Origin: Mobula hypostoma | Lineage: Eukaryota | Assembly: GCF_963921235.1 (NCBI RefSeq) | Contig: NC_086097.1 | Span: 29,452,001-29,516,000, forward strand | Direction: 5' to 3' | Length of the DNA: 64,000 nt | Shown: positions 52,373-64,000 of the stretch, piece by piece | How the letters are laid out: each line of letters starts with the position of its first letter | How positions within the stretch are numbered: position 1 is the first letter of the stretch | Notes under the pieces: model-generated | Told to the model about the DNA's origin: nothing | What the model saw: only the letters and a program-made list of their open reading frames with translations | The model's database searches: none | Translations under genes and position numbers: made by a program

Positions 52373-52470
52373 GCAACACACATAAAAGTTGCTGGTGAAC
52401 GCAGCAGGCCAGGCAGCAACTTTTATGTGTGTTGCTTGAATTTCCAGCATCTGCAGAATTCCTGTTGTTT
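52373..52470. mobile_element. 98-bp PLE terminal fragment with internal inversion
   Basis: 22-bp perfect arms 52373-52394 / 52414-52435; sequence matches PLE terminus at 54320-54395. Confidence 0.85.
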
Positions 52471-53549
52471 GACTATGACTATGATTGGGATATTATACTG
52501 GTAGATGGACTATGTGGGATATTTAGAATTTAGAGATATGGATTCAAAAGAGAGAGGCCCTCCACTGGTCAGGTTCGACCGTGGCTGTTGTGTCTCAGCT
52601 GTCAATGTGATATGCAAGCCAGGGCAGTACAATATGGTGAGAAACTATGTTGCCAATGTAGGACGCTCTCCCACTACGCAGCTGATGAAAAGATTATCTA
52701 TTTAAGAGAAAAGTAATCAATTGTTCGCAAAGGTTCATGAATCTTTGGAATTCTTAGCCTACACAGATCCTTGGTGGATATATTGAGCATATTCAGTATT
52801 AGAGAACCACATGAATTACAAAGGCACACAAACTGCCAATGAAATAGTGGTAAATGTGATTACTATGGAGAAGAACAATACTCCAGATATGGTTTCAACT
52901 ATGCCCTATAGTCATTTAATTTACCTTGAAATAAACATGAACATTTTATTTACTTTCCCAATTAGTGTACTTGCATTCTAGCCTTGACAGTACCAATTCA
53001 ACTCAATTCTTCACCTCTACTGCTTCAAATATTCCTGCTAAACAACTGGTGGGTCTGCACACTGGCCAGCTTGGGTAAGGAAGGCAGCATTCCTTGAACA
53101 TCAAGAACCCGATGCAATTTTGGGAAAAAAAAAATCATCCAGATTAATGAATGTTGGTATTGAGTCTAACCTCGTAAAAACCCGAGATATATCCCTTCAA
53201 TTTAAATTTCCCAACTACCATAGTGAAATCCAAATAAGTCTTTAGATTAATAGCCCTGATCTCACTGCTAGCTCAGTAACCTAATCATCAGTGCACTAGT
53301 ATACCCAGAATATTGTTGTCATTCTTCTCCACGCCTTGTGGTACATCGGGCTGCAACCCCGGCACTTCTTTAGCATTTTGTCTGTTTTTTTATGAGGCTG
53401 TGTTAGTTGTTAACTCGACGCTGAACACAACATGGATTGGAAAGTGTGCCAGGAGCAGGCTGGATTCAATCCTGGGACCACTCACCACAAAATCCAGTGC
53501 TGATGCATGACCAGCTGGCAAAAACATAGCCACCTAAAAAGGTGCCACT

Positions 53550-53811
53550 GTGGCGCAGAAGTTAGCATGACAGCAGTTTGGAGTAAAATTCCAATGCCGT
53601 CTGTAAGGAATTTGTACATCGACCACTGGGCGTATGTGTTTCCTCTGGGTGCTCTGGTTTCCTCCCACATTCCAATGGCATACTGGTTAGTAAGTAATAG
53701 GTCACTGTAAATTGCCTTCTGCTTAGGCTAGGGTAAAGCAGGTAGGTTGCTGGATGGTGGGCTCATTGGGCTGGAAAGAGCCTGTTCTACTCATTTCTAA
53801 ATAAAATAAAA
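53550..53811 (+). mobile_element. V-SINE-like element
   Basis: gtttcctctgggtgctctggtttcctcccacattcc V-domain; taaataaaataaa tail. Confidence 0.65.
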
Positions 53812-54415
53812 TGCCACGTTATCAGCTATGATACAAGAAAGATTCCGCTGTAGTTACACTACCCAGAGCACCTGCAAGTGCTTTACAGAGCAAATAGGAA
53901 GCACCAGCTCCTTGGCATCTACTCATGTTTGCAAATGCCAATAGCAACTTGCAATGTTTACTATTACTGAAGCAGAATGAATAATGCGAAGACTGTTTAC
54001 ATTATGTAGTACATTCTTGAGAAATATCCAAATAATTCCACTAACAAAGTTATTTAAATACATGATTAGTCATCACTATAAACCTGGAGATACATGTTAA
54101 ACCTGGAAGAACTGCAAAGCAGCACAATGCACTCACTATTCCAGCTCTGTTGAATGATGAATTCTTCATGTTGTGTTAAAGGAGCTTCAACATCCAATTC
54201 ATTTGGAATCTTCACTTCACATGAAGAAGAGGATTTCCAGATTACGCTAAGTGCTTGCATCTTGGCTTTCATGTGTGGCTTAGTTATTAACCCAGTGGAA
54301 CCGCTCCTGCTGAACAAAAACAACAGGAATTCTGCAGATGCTGGAAATTCAAGCAACACACATCAAAGTTGCTGGTGAACGCAGCAGGCCAGGCAGCACC
54401 TCTAGGAAGAGGTGC

Positions 54416-54451
54416 AGTCGACGTTTCAGGCTGAGACCCTTCGTCAGGACT
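54416..54451 (-). ncRNA. Minimal type I hammerhead ribozyme (copy 1)
   Basis: AGUC-CUGACGA-AGG GUCUCAG CCU-GAAA-CGUC/GACU. Confidence 0.8.
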
Positions 54452-54795
54452 AACTGAAGGAAGAGTGTGTAAGGGATTTGAAAGTTGGAGGGGGAGGGGG
54501 AGGGGGAGATCCGAAATGATAGAAGACAGGAGGGGGAGGGATAGAGCCGAGAGCTGGACAGGTGATAGGCAAAAGGGGATACAAGAGGATCATGGGACAG
54601 GAGGTCCGGGAAGAAAGACCGGGGGGGGGGGACCCAGAGAATGGGCAAGAGGCATATTCAGAGGGATAGAGGGAGAAAAAGGAGAGTGAGAGAAAGAAAA
54701 CAACAGGAATTCTGCAGATGCTGGAAATTCAAGCAACACACATCAAAGTTGCTGGTGAACGCAGCAGGCCAAGCAGCATCTATAGGAAGAGGCGC

Positions 54796-54831
54796 AGTCG
54801 ACGTTTCAGGCCGAGACCCTTCGTCAGGACT
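54796..54831 (-). ncRNA. Minimal type I hammerhead ribozyme (copy 2)
   Basis: AGUC-CUGACGA-AGG GUCUCGG CCU-GAAA-CGUC/GACU. Confidence 0.8.
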
Positions 54832-55126
54832 AACTGAAGGAAGAGTGAGTAAGGGATTTGAAAGCTGGAGGGGGAGGGGGAGATGCAAAATGATAGGAGA
54901 AGACAGGAGGGGGAGGGATAGAGCCGAGAGCTGGACAGGTGCTAGGCAAAAGGGGATACGAGAGGATCATGGGACAGGAGGTCCGGGAAATAAGACGGGG
55001 GGGGGGGGTGACCCAGAGGATGGGCAAGAGGTATATTCAGAGGGACAGAGGGAGAAAAAGGAGAGTGAGAGAAAGAATGTGTGCATAAAAATGAGTAACA
55101 GATGGGGTACGAGGGGGAGGTGGGGC

Positions 55127-58100
55127 CTAGCGGAAGTTAGAGAAGTCAATGTTCATGCCATCAGGTTGGAGGCTACCCAGACGGAATATAAGGTGTTGTT
55201 CCTCCAACCTGAGTGTGGCTTCATCTTTACAGTAGAGGAGGCCGTGGATAGACATGTCAGAATGGGAATGGGATGTGGAATTAAAATGTGTGGCCACTGG
55301 GAGATCCTGCTTTCTCTGGCGGACAGAGCGTAGATGTTCAGCAAAGCGGTCTCCCAGTCTGCGTCGGGTCTCACCAATATATAAAAGGCCACATCGAGAG
55401 CACCGGACGCAGTATATCACCCCAGTCGACTCACAGGTGAAGTGATGCCTCACCTGGAAGGACTGTTTGGGGCCCTGAATGGTGGTAACGGAGGAAGTGT
55501 AAGGGCATGTGTAGCACTTGTTCCGCTTACACGGATAAGTGCCAGGAGGGAGATCAGTGGGGAGGGATGGGGGGGACGAATGGACAAGGGAGTTGCGTAG
55601 GGAGCGATCCTTGCGGAATGCAGGGTGGGGGTGAGGGAAAGATGTGCTTAGTGGTGGGATCCCGTTGGAGGTGGCGGAAGTTACGGAGAATAATATGTTG
55701 GACCCCGGAGGCTGGTGGGGTGGTAGGTGAGGACTGGGGAACCCTATTCCTAGTGGGGTGGCTGGAGGATGGAGTGAGAGCAGATGTACGTGAAATGGGG
55801 GAGATGCGTTTAAGAGCAGAGTTGATAGTGGAGGAAGGGAAGCCCCTTTCTTTAAAAAAGGAAGACATCTCCCTCGTCCTAGAATGAAAAGTCTCATCCT
55901 GAGATCAGATGCAGCGGAGACGGAGGAATTGCGAGAAGGGGATGGCGTTTTTTTGCAAGAGACAGGGTGAGAAGAGGAATAGTCCAGATAGCTGTGAGAG
56001 TCAGTAGGCTTATAGTAGACATCAGTGGATAAGCTGTCTCCAGAGACAGAGACAGAAAGATCTAGAAAGGGGAGGGAGGTGTCGGAAATGGACCAGGTAA
56101 ACTTGAGGGCAGGGTGAAAGTTGGAGGCAAAGTTAATAAAGTCAACGAGTTCTGCATGCGTGCAGGAAGCAGCGCCAATGCAGTTGTCAATGTAGCGAAG
56201 GAAAAGTGGGGGACAGATACCAGAATAAGCACAGAACATAGATTGTTCCACAAACCCAACAAAAAGGCAGGCATAGCTAGGACCCATACGGGTGCCCATA
56301 GCTACACCTTTAGTTTGGAGGAAGTGGGAGGAGCCAAAGGAGAAATTATTAAGAGTAAGGACTAATTCCGCTAGACGGAGCAGAGTGGTGGTAGAGAGGA
56401 ACTGATTAGGTCTGGAATCCAAAAAGAAGCGTAGAGCTTTGAGACCTCCCTGATGGGGGATGGAAGTATATAAGGACTGGACATCCATGGTGAAAATAAA
56501 GCAGTGGGGGCCAGGGAACTTAAAATCATCGGAAAGTTTAAGAGCGTGAGAAGTGTCACAAACATAGGTCGGAAGGGATTGAACAAGGGGGTGATAAGAC
56601 CGTGTCGAGGTATGCAGAAACGAGTTCGGTGGGGCAGGAGCAAGCTGAGACAATAGGTCGGCCAGGACAGGCAGGTTTTTGGATCTTGGGTAGGAGGTAG
56701 AAACGGGAAGTGCGGGGTGTGGGAACTATAAGGTTGGTAGCAGTGGATGGGAGATCCCCTTAGCGGATAAAGTCGGTGATGGTGTGGGAGACAATGGCCT
56801 GGTGCTCCTCAGAGGGGTCACGATCGAGGGGTAAATAAGAGGAGGTATCCGCGAGTTGTTGCTGTGCCTCGGCAAGGTAGAGGTCAGTACGCCAGACTAC
56901 AACAGCACCCCCCTTATCGGCGGGTTTAATAATAAGGTTAGGATTAGTGCGGTGGGAGTGGAGAGCAGAGCGTTCCGAAGGAGTGAGGTTGGAATGGGGA
57001 CAAGGTGCGGTGAAGTCTAGACGGTTGATGTCCCGTCGGCAATTAGCGATAAAGAGATCCAGAGCAGGCAGAAGACCACAGCGGGGTGTCCATGAAGAAG
57101 AGGAGGGTTGAAGACAGGAGAAGGGGTCATCGGTGGGGGTGGAAGAGTTCTTGCCGAAGAAGTAGGCTCGGAGACGGCGGAAGAAAAGTTCCGCATCATG
57201 GCGAACACGGAACTCGCTGAGGTGTGGGCGAAGGGGGACAAACGTGAGGCCCTTACTGAGAACAGAGCGTTCTGCCTCCGACAGTTGAAGGTCGGAGGGG
57301 ATGGTAAAGACCCGGCACGGATGAGAGCTGGGATCAGAGGGGGGAGGGGGGAGGCTGGGTGTATCAATGGAGAAGGGAGGGTTGGGGTGAGAGGAAGATG
57401 GAGCCTCCGAGGGCCCAGGAGCTGACGGTGGGATCTGAGGAAGACGGGGCTGCGGAGTAGTGGTGGGGGAAGGGGAGACGGGAGTCACAACAGCAGCACA
57501 TAAAGACCTGGCCTGGAGCTCAAGGCTGGAATCCTGAGAGCTGGGATCAGAGGCGGGAGGGGGGAGGCTGGGGGTGTCAATGGAGAGGGGAGGGTTGGGT
57601 TGAGAGGAAGATGGAGCCTCTGAGTACCCAGGAGCTGACGGTGGGATCTGAAGGAGACGGGATTGCAGAGTATTGGTGGGGGAAGGGGAGACGGGAGTCA
57701 CAATAGCAGTACATAAAGACCTGGCCTGGAGTTCAAGGCTGGCGTCACAGCTGGTGGTTGCGCAATCGCTGTGAAGGTGTCCATGGTCGTTGCTGGACTC
57801 CGGGTTTTGAATATGCCCTGAGGTGTTGGAGCCGGCGAGATCAATGGCAGAGGCGATCTGAAGTTCATGCCTGCTAGTTTCAGGGCCAGCAGGCTCTGGA
57901 GTCCGTAGATGTAGGATCTTGCGATCTTTGCCTAACATGACAAAGTCAAAAAAACGGCGATTGCAGGCGTGAATCCGACGGAGGATGAAATAATGGGTAG
58001 GACCATTACAGACGGCGAAGAAAGTGTCCCGAAGGTGTGGAAGGGTCTGGGATAGGGACACCAAGTACCTCCTCATGGCGGAGAGAGTTGCCTTCAGAGC

Positions 58101-58382
58101 TTGATGGGAGAAGCGGCGAGAGGCAGAGTCAATAAAATGTGAGTACCTTGGATCCTCAGAAGGTCCAAATTGAGAGGCTTGGAAACGAATCCTAAAGCCA
58201 ACTGGAGTAAGTTGGCAACGGAGGCACGTTCCAAGAAAGGATATATGGCTGTGATAGCGAGTCTGAGTCAAAGTGTGGTCGAAAAGTTGAAGAGCAGAAG
58301 AAATTACAGATGGGGAGCAGTGAGAGATGGTTTCACTGAACTCCCGTCGAAGAGAGGATCTAAACTTCTTCGGTGTAGGCAT
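55127..58382 (-). pseudogene. PLE polyprotein (RT + Cys linker + GIY-YIG endonuclease), disrupted
   Basis: KPADKGG, DVQSLYTSIP, GVAMGT, YIDN (YIDD expected), PCKRNKCYTC, VIYCVRC..LYIGET..RFAEH..GMN; stop 56760-56762 and frameshifts (~56587, ~55950 and further). Confidence 0.92.
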
Positions 58383-58516
58383 CACCGGAAGAGGCTTCGC
58401 AGTAGTGAATTTAAACGCAAACAAGAGGAATTCTGCAGATGCTGGAAATTCAAGCAACACACATCAAAGTTGCTGGTGAACGCAGCAGGCCAGGCAGCAT
58501 CTGTAGGAAGAGGTGC

Positions 58517-58552
58517 AGTCGACGTTTCAGGCCGAGCCCCTTCGTCAGGACT
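58517..58552 (-). ncRNA. Minimal type I hammerhead ribozyme (copy 3)
   Basis: AGUC-CUGACGA-AGG GGCUCGG CCU-GAAA-CGUC/GACU. Confidence 0.8.
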
Positions 58553-60734
58553 AACTGAAGGAAGAGTGAGTAAGGGATTTGAAAGTTGGAGGGGGAGGGG
58601 GAGATCCAAAATGATAGGAGAAGACAGGAGGGGGAGGGATAGAGCCGAGAGCTGGACAGGTGATAGGCAAAAGGGGATACGGGAGGATTATGGGACAGGA
58701 GGTCCAGGAAGAAAGACCCGGGGGGGGGGGGACCCAGAGGATGAGCAAGAGGTATATTCAGAGGGACAGAGGGAGAAAAAGGAGAGTGAGAGAAAGAAAG
58801 TGTGCATAAAAATAAGTAACAGATGGGGTACGAGGGGGAGGTGGGGCCTTAGCGGAAGTTAGAGAAGTCGATGTTCATGCCATCAGGTTGGAGGCTACCC
58901 AGACGGAATATAAGGTGTTGTTCCTCCAACCTGAGTGTGGCTTCATCTTTACAGTAGAGGAGGCCGTGGATAGACATGTCAGAATGGGAATGGGATGTGG
59001 AATTAAAATGTGTGGCCACTGGGAGATCCTGCTTTCTCTGGTGGACAGAGCGTAGATGTTCAGCAAAGCGGTCTCCCAGTCTGCGTCGCGTCTCGCCAAT
59101 ATATAAAAGGCCACATCGGGAGCACCGGACGCAGTATATCACCCCAGTCGACTCACAGGTGAAGTGTTGCCTCACCTGGAAGGACTGTTTGGGGCCCTGA
59201 ATGGTGGTAAGGGAGGAAGTGTAAGGGCATGTGTAGCACTTGTTCCGCTTACACGGATAAGTGCCAGGAGGGAGATCAGTGGGGAGGGATGGGGGGGACG
59301 AATGGACAAGGGAGTTGCGTAGGGAGCGATCCCTGCGGAATGCGGGGGGGGGGGAGGGAAAGGTGTGCTTAGTGGTGGGATCCCGTTGGAGGTGGCGGAA
59401 GTTACGAAGAATAATATGTTGGACCGGAGGCTGGTGGGGTGGTAGGTGAGGACAACTGAACAAAAGACAGGTTATATTCGCTTCTTTCAGATAGGGCTCA
59501 TCAGCCTGGTTGGCAGCTCATCTAGGAGAAGGAAAAGTGATTTTAAACCACCGCTGCCTCCTGGCTATACCTGCTCCTGGAGAAGGCTTCAAGGAGTAAA
59601 CCCTGAGGAAAATGCGGAACTGGAGTCCCTAAGGCAATCCCACGTTGAATTCAACACCGACTGACAACCCCTGCAATGCTGCTGGTGCCAAACTGTATTG
59701 GCCTCTGCCATTCCTTTGGATTCATCAGCTGCATGGAAAGGGGGACCCTGCTGCACAGCCAACAGCTTGCTCTGCATATCATACTGCCCTGGTTTGCGAC
59801 AGACAGCTACGATGTAACATTTGTGGTTGATGCCGACCAAAGGAGAACGTTATGGATCCTAGTATTGGCTAGCATCTCAACCTAGCCTCAAGATGCAAAT
59901 TCATTCCTGTCTTTTAGGGTAATGGAAAGGAACTACATGTCACTTATTTAATTTTTTAACCCTTTATCACATGGCACAAGACTGAATTCAGATTAACTCA
60001 TGTGAACTAGAAAAATGTTTACTTAAACCAACATCCAATCTGTAGGTAAGCCAACATATAACTTGCTATCAAAGATGTTAAAAGGAACGTAAACTATGTG
60101 CATTTCAGATCACAGGTCCTAAAATGTTAACTGACTGAAATCATACAATAGTCTTAAAATATTTAGACTAACTTGGCTATAGTTCAGCACTATATATCAT
60201 TTGTTTAGTACTTCTAAATCTACTTTTCACTAAATGTATGGCAAACTGATGATTTTTTCCTCTAGAGATATATTACAAAGGGTGTAGATAATGTTAGCCC
60301 ATGTTCTGATTAGAGAACATAGATCTGAGGTGAGAAGGGAAAGATTTGAAAGATGCCCTAGTGACAACTTTCAAACAGAAGGTGATGGACAAAATGGCAG
60401 AGTGATGTACAAGCACAATATCCGAAAGACATTTGGACAGATAGATAAATAGAAAAGTTTTAAAGGGATACATGCTGAATTCAGGCAAATGGAATTAGCT
60501 CAGAAAGACATCTTAATCAGCATGGATGAGTTGGGCCAAAGCACCTGTTCGCCAGCTGACTCTTTCTGCATTTCTCCACCAATCAATTTCACACCAAAGT
60601 GTCATTTAAGTCAATTCAGTGAAGTTAGAGAGACATTCGATGCACAACAGCTGCCATTACTTTCTATAATGCAAAAACCAACCATAAAAGGCAGTGTGAA
60701 TCCCCACTGCATATGGTGACCCTATGACCTATGT

Positions 60735-61832
60735 CTCATGTCTCAGAGACTAGCATCAGGACATCCTTCAAGAGGGTGAACCCTTGCACGGTCTCAGTGG
60801 TGTACCTGATAGGGTACTGAAGCCTGTGCCACCTGGCTGGAGAGTTCAAGGACATCTTGAGTCTCTTCCTGCTGCAGTCAAGAGTTCCCACCTGCTTCAA
60901 AAGGCTGTCAAATATTCCAGTGCCCAAGAAGAGCCGGATGAGCTACCTCAACCACTAGTTGCTCAGTAGCAATCTCATCTACTGTGATGAACTCCTTTGA
61001 GGTTGGATATGGCTACAATTTACTCCTCCCTGAAAAATGACCTAGACCTGCTGCGATTTGCGTACCACCAGAACAGGAGATTTGACCAAGCACTCAGCTC
61101 CACATACCTGCCGTTTCCCCATAACCCTTAATCCCCAGTACACAGAAATACACCTAACTCTCTCTCAACCTCAATGCGACTCAGGAGTTGATTGTGGACT
61201 ATAGGAAGCAGAAGTCACACGCCTGTCCTTATGGAGTAATCAGCAATAGAAAGGGTGAGCAGTTGCAGGTTTCAGAGCATCAGCACCAAGTTTTGTGCTG
61301 GCCCAACACGTTGATACAATCATGAAAAACAGGACAGTGGCTTCACATCATTAGAAATTTAAGGAGATTTGGTATGTTAACTAAAGACTAGCAAATTTCT
61401 AGATGTAGGCTGGAAAGCACCCTGACTGGTTGTATCACTGTCTGGCACAGATGCTCCAATGCTCAGGATCAAGAAGCTGCAGAGTTGTGGACTCAGCCAA
61501 TTCCATTACAGACACAACTTCTCCACCAGAGAACATCTTTAAAGGCAATGGCCCAAGACAGCATCCATCACTGAGAATCCTCACCGCCTCCCAAGGCATG
61601 CCCTATTCTCATCACTACCAGAGGTAAAGGAGTCTGAAGAGCCACACACAATGTTTTATGAACAGCTTCTTTCCCTCCATCATGACTTCTGAATGGCACG
61701 TGAACACTACCTCACATTCTTTTACAGTTTATTTGTAAATTACATTAACTTTTTATATTGCACAATACTGCAACTGCAAAACTACTACATTTCAAGATAA
61801 ACTTCAGCGACAGTAAACCTGATCCTGATTCT
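60735..61832 (+). mobile_element. Highly decayed L2/Rex-like LINE
   Basis: GVPDRVLK, aacagcttctttccctc (NSFFP) remnants, aaacctgatcctgattct tail. Confidence 0.65.
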
Positions 61833-64000
61833 GGCTTTTGTCTAAATACCGTATTCTAAACTTGCCAAGTCCTTTTTTCAAAATAAGAGTGTAATTCTCC
61901 AAGATTCAGTTTTATTTTGTACACATTTGATCCATAATTGATAACCTTTTTCACATAAGTGCTGTTCTTTAGGAAGTGTGAAATATTAAAGGCTATGAAG
62001 TTGTGGAAGAGGTTATTAATTATTTCCACCAACCATTGGTTTTGAGTGAATCTGCTTACTTATAAACTGACATAGCAATGTTGTTGGTTTGCCCAGAACA
62101 GCCCAATCATATCCTCATCAGCAAGTCCTTCAACAACTGATCTCTCTCCTGCTGAAACATCTGTGGACAAATGTGTGACTATCAAAATTAAACAACATTG
62201 ATCATTGAATAATCACCACCTAAACTCATCTGTCAAGTGTAAAATGAAGTCCAGGTGAGATGCAGTGTGAAGGATTTTGGTCACGTGTGCATCCAATTAC
62301 TATTGCCCCCTCATTCCCAACCTCACCTGCAAATACCTAGTCCACAACCTCATAAGTTTCCTTAAATATCTGCAATTCCTTTGCTTCAAACCTTTAACAT
62401 TTCCACTGATCTTGAAAGTTTCCAGTATTTTCTGCATTTACTCTAAACTTGCCTCACTTGTCCTAAAGACATTGAGGAATAGTGTCATATATTGTTAGGT
62501 AGTATTTCTATGAAACATCAAGAAAAAAAACTTGCATCTTTTTAAACTCTCCATGATCACAGTATTTCAGAAGTAACTTTGAACCAATGAAATTTTCTGA
62601 AACAGTAACTACTGGAAAACAAAATCTGGTTTTCTAAAATGAAAACTGATTCCTCTCCACATCCACATGAGCTAACACTAATATTCAGAAATAAATACTA
62701 TGTATCAAGTGCTTCTGCAAAAGGAATTACTTTTATTTAGAATAACCACCACCAAACTCAATCAATTAGATAGCAACAAACTGAGAAAATATGGTAGGGT
62801 TAGAAAACAAAAGAACTAAACAAAGTGTACCCAGCACATCAGAATATGGCCAATTGTCAAGCATATGCTGTCTGTCCTGCAGAGCTGATGTATGGTTAGA
62901 ATGACAATAAAGTTTTTTGAATCTTAAATAAGCATCATTTTTCATCAAGGCAGAAAATGCACATTCAAATCACTTTCCATGCTGAGGACTTGATCACAGA
63001 AAAGGCACAACGAAGTTGGTGAATAAAATATTTCCAGGGCTCCTAATTCAAAGAAAAGCATTAGTGCTAAACAGTGATTCAGCTGGCAATAATACAAGTA
63101 TTAACTGCCAATTCCCAACTTCCTTCATGAACTACTACACTCCTCCAGGTGAAAGAGCTTCCAGAGAGATGGTTACATCATGTAAAATCTGTAACACAGA
63201 AGACCCATCAACCCATCTTATCCAGACCAGTGAAAAAAAACTACACAACCCAATCCAGACTTTGAACTTGCACTTGTGCTGGTCACAGTTCTTACAAGTA
63301 GTGTATATAAGATACAAGATATATAAATCAAATGTGGTGAATGTCAGACAGCAAGTACCTGACCCATCACTTTCAGTGCCTCAACAACCTTCTAATATCT
63401 CAATCAATTGCTCTGGATTACCAACAGAAAGCATCCTTTCCAGATGTGTCATGGCTTGATCTGGCAAGTGCTCTACACATGACTGCAAGAACCAACAGTT
63501 GCAGACACAGTTTGGCATGCCTGACCAAAACAGCCTGACCTCTGTGGACTATCCGCATTTTTCGCTACCTTGGTAAAGAAGCCAACATAATTAAAGACCT
63601 CATCCATCCTGGACATCCTCTTCTCTTTGCCCAATTAGGAAGATATAAAAACCTGCAAGTACGTACCCTTCTAGTACAATAAAATGGACTCAAACTCACA
63701 ATCTACCTCATTACGGCTTGCATCTTATTGTCTGCTGCACATCTTTATTTTGCATTTTGTTATTGTTTTTATCTTGTACTACCTCAATGCACTGATGGAA
63801 GCATGCAAAACAAAATTTTTCCATTGTATCTCAGTACATGTGACAATAGTAATGCATTTTATCAAATCTTCTCTGCACTCACTAGACGTTTTGGGTGGAG
63901 ACCTTTCTTTGGGACTGGAAAGAGACAGCCAATGGTGAGGTGGAACAAGAGTGGCTGGGTGATGGGTAAATCCAGGCAATGTAATCTGATAGAAAAGAAC

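Larger units (their letters stand above)
54320..59455 (-). mobile_element. Near full-length Neptune-like Penelope element in partial tandem (pseudo-LTR) arrangement
   Basis: Upstream 5'-truncated copy ~58419-59453, main unit ~54699-58418, extra 380-bp terminal copy 54320-54698; flanking CTGAACAAAA direct repeat. Confidence 0.95.

Noticed and set aside
54066..54359. 97-aa ORF as a possible exon of a neighbouring gene (e.g. CLMN by synteny)
   Set aside because: Starts inside the PLE terminus; no recognisable protein similarity.
54641..55333. 230-aa plus-strand ORFs (also 58170-58862)
   Set aside because: Antisense to purine-rich PLE 3' region; no domain.
59490..59850. RTE-like 5' repeat (related piece ~52560-52690) as possible HDV-like ribozyme
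   Set aside because: Could not build the nested double pseudoknot by eye; family identity uncertain.
63016..63459. 147-aa ORF
   Set aside because: Non-ATG start, no motif, no splice support.

Overview
Vertebrate genomic DNA, inferred to be a cartilaginous fish (probably a ray) from HE1/V-SINE-like and CR1 repeats. The only host gene I can support is DICER1 on the minus strand: its first four coding exons (6566-6679, 2942-3104, 2185-2315, 1821-1955) lie at the left and the gene runs off the left edge. The remaining ~57 kb is intronic/upstream DNA dominated by mobile elements: CR1 and L2/Rex-like LINEs, a deleted Gypsy LTR element with a PNMA-like gag, a complete IR/DR Tc1, several Tigger/pogo elements, a probable non-autonomous Helitron, V-SINEs and Penelope-like elements (PLEs). 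Highlights: (1) a near full-length Neptune-like PLE (54320-59455) carrying three tandem minimal hammerhead ribozymes that bracket a 3721-nt ORF-containing unit and a 380-nt non-coding retrozyme-like unit; (2) apparent 10-17 bp target-site duplications on four PLE insertions; (3) a perfect 27-bp hairpin and a ~460-bp inverted repeat just upstream of the DICER1 start exon; (4) the mammalian Dicer N-terminal extension appears here as a stop-terminated uORF. Family assignments come from motif recognition and recall; no database search was run.
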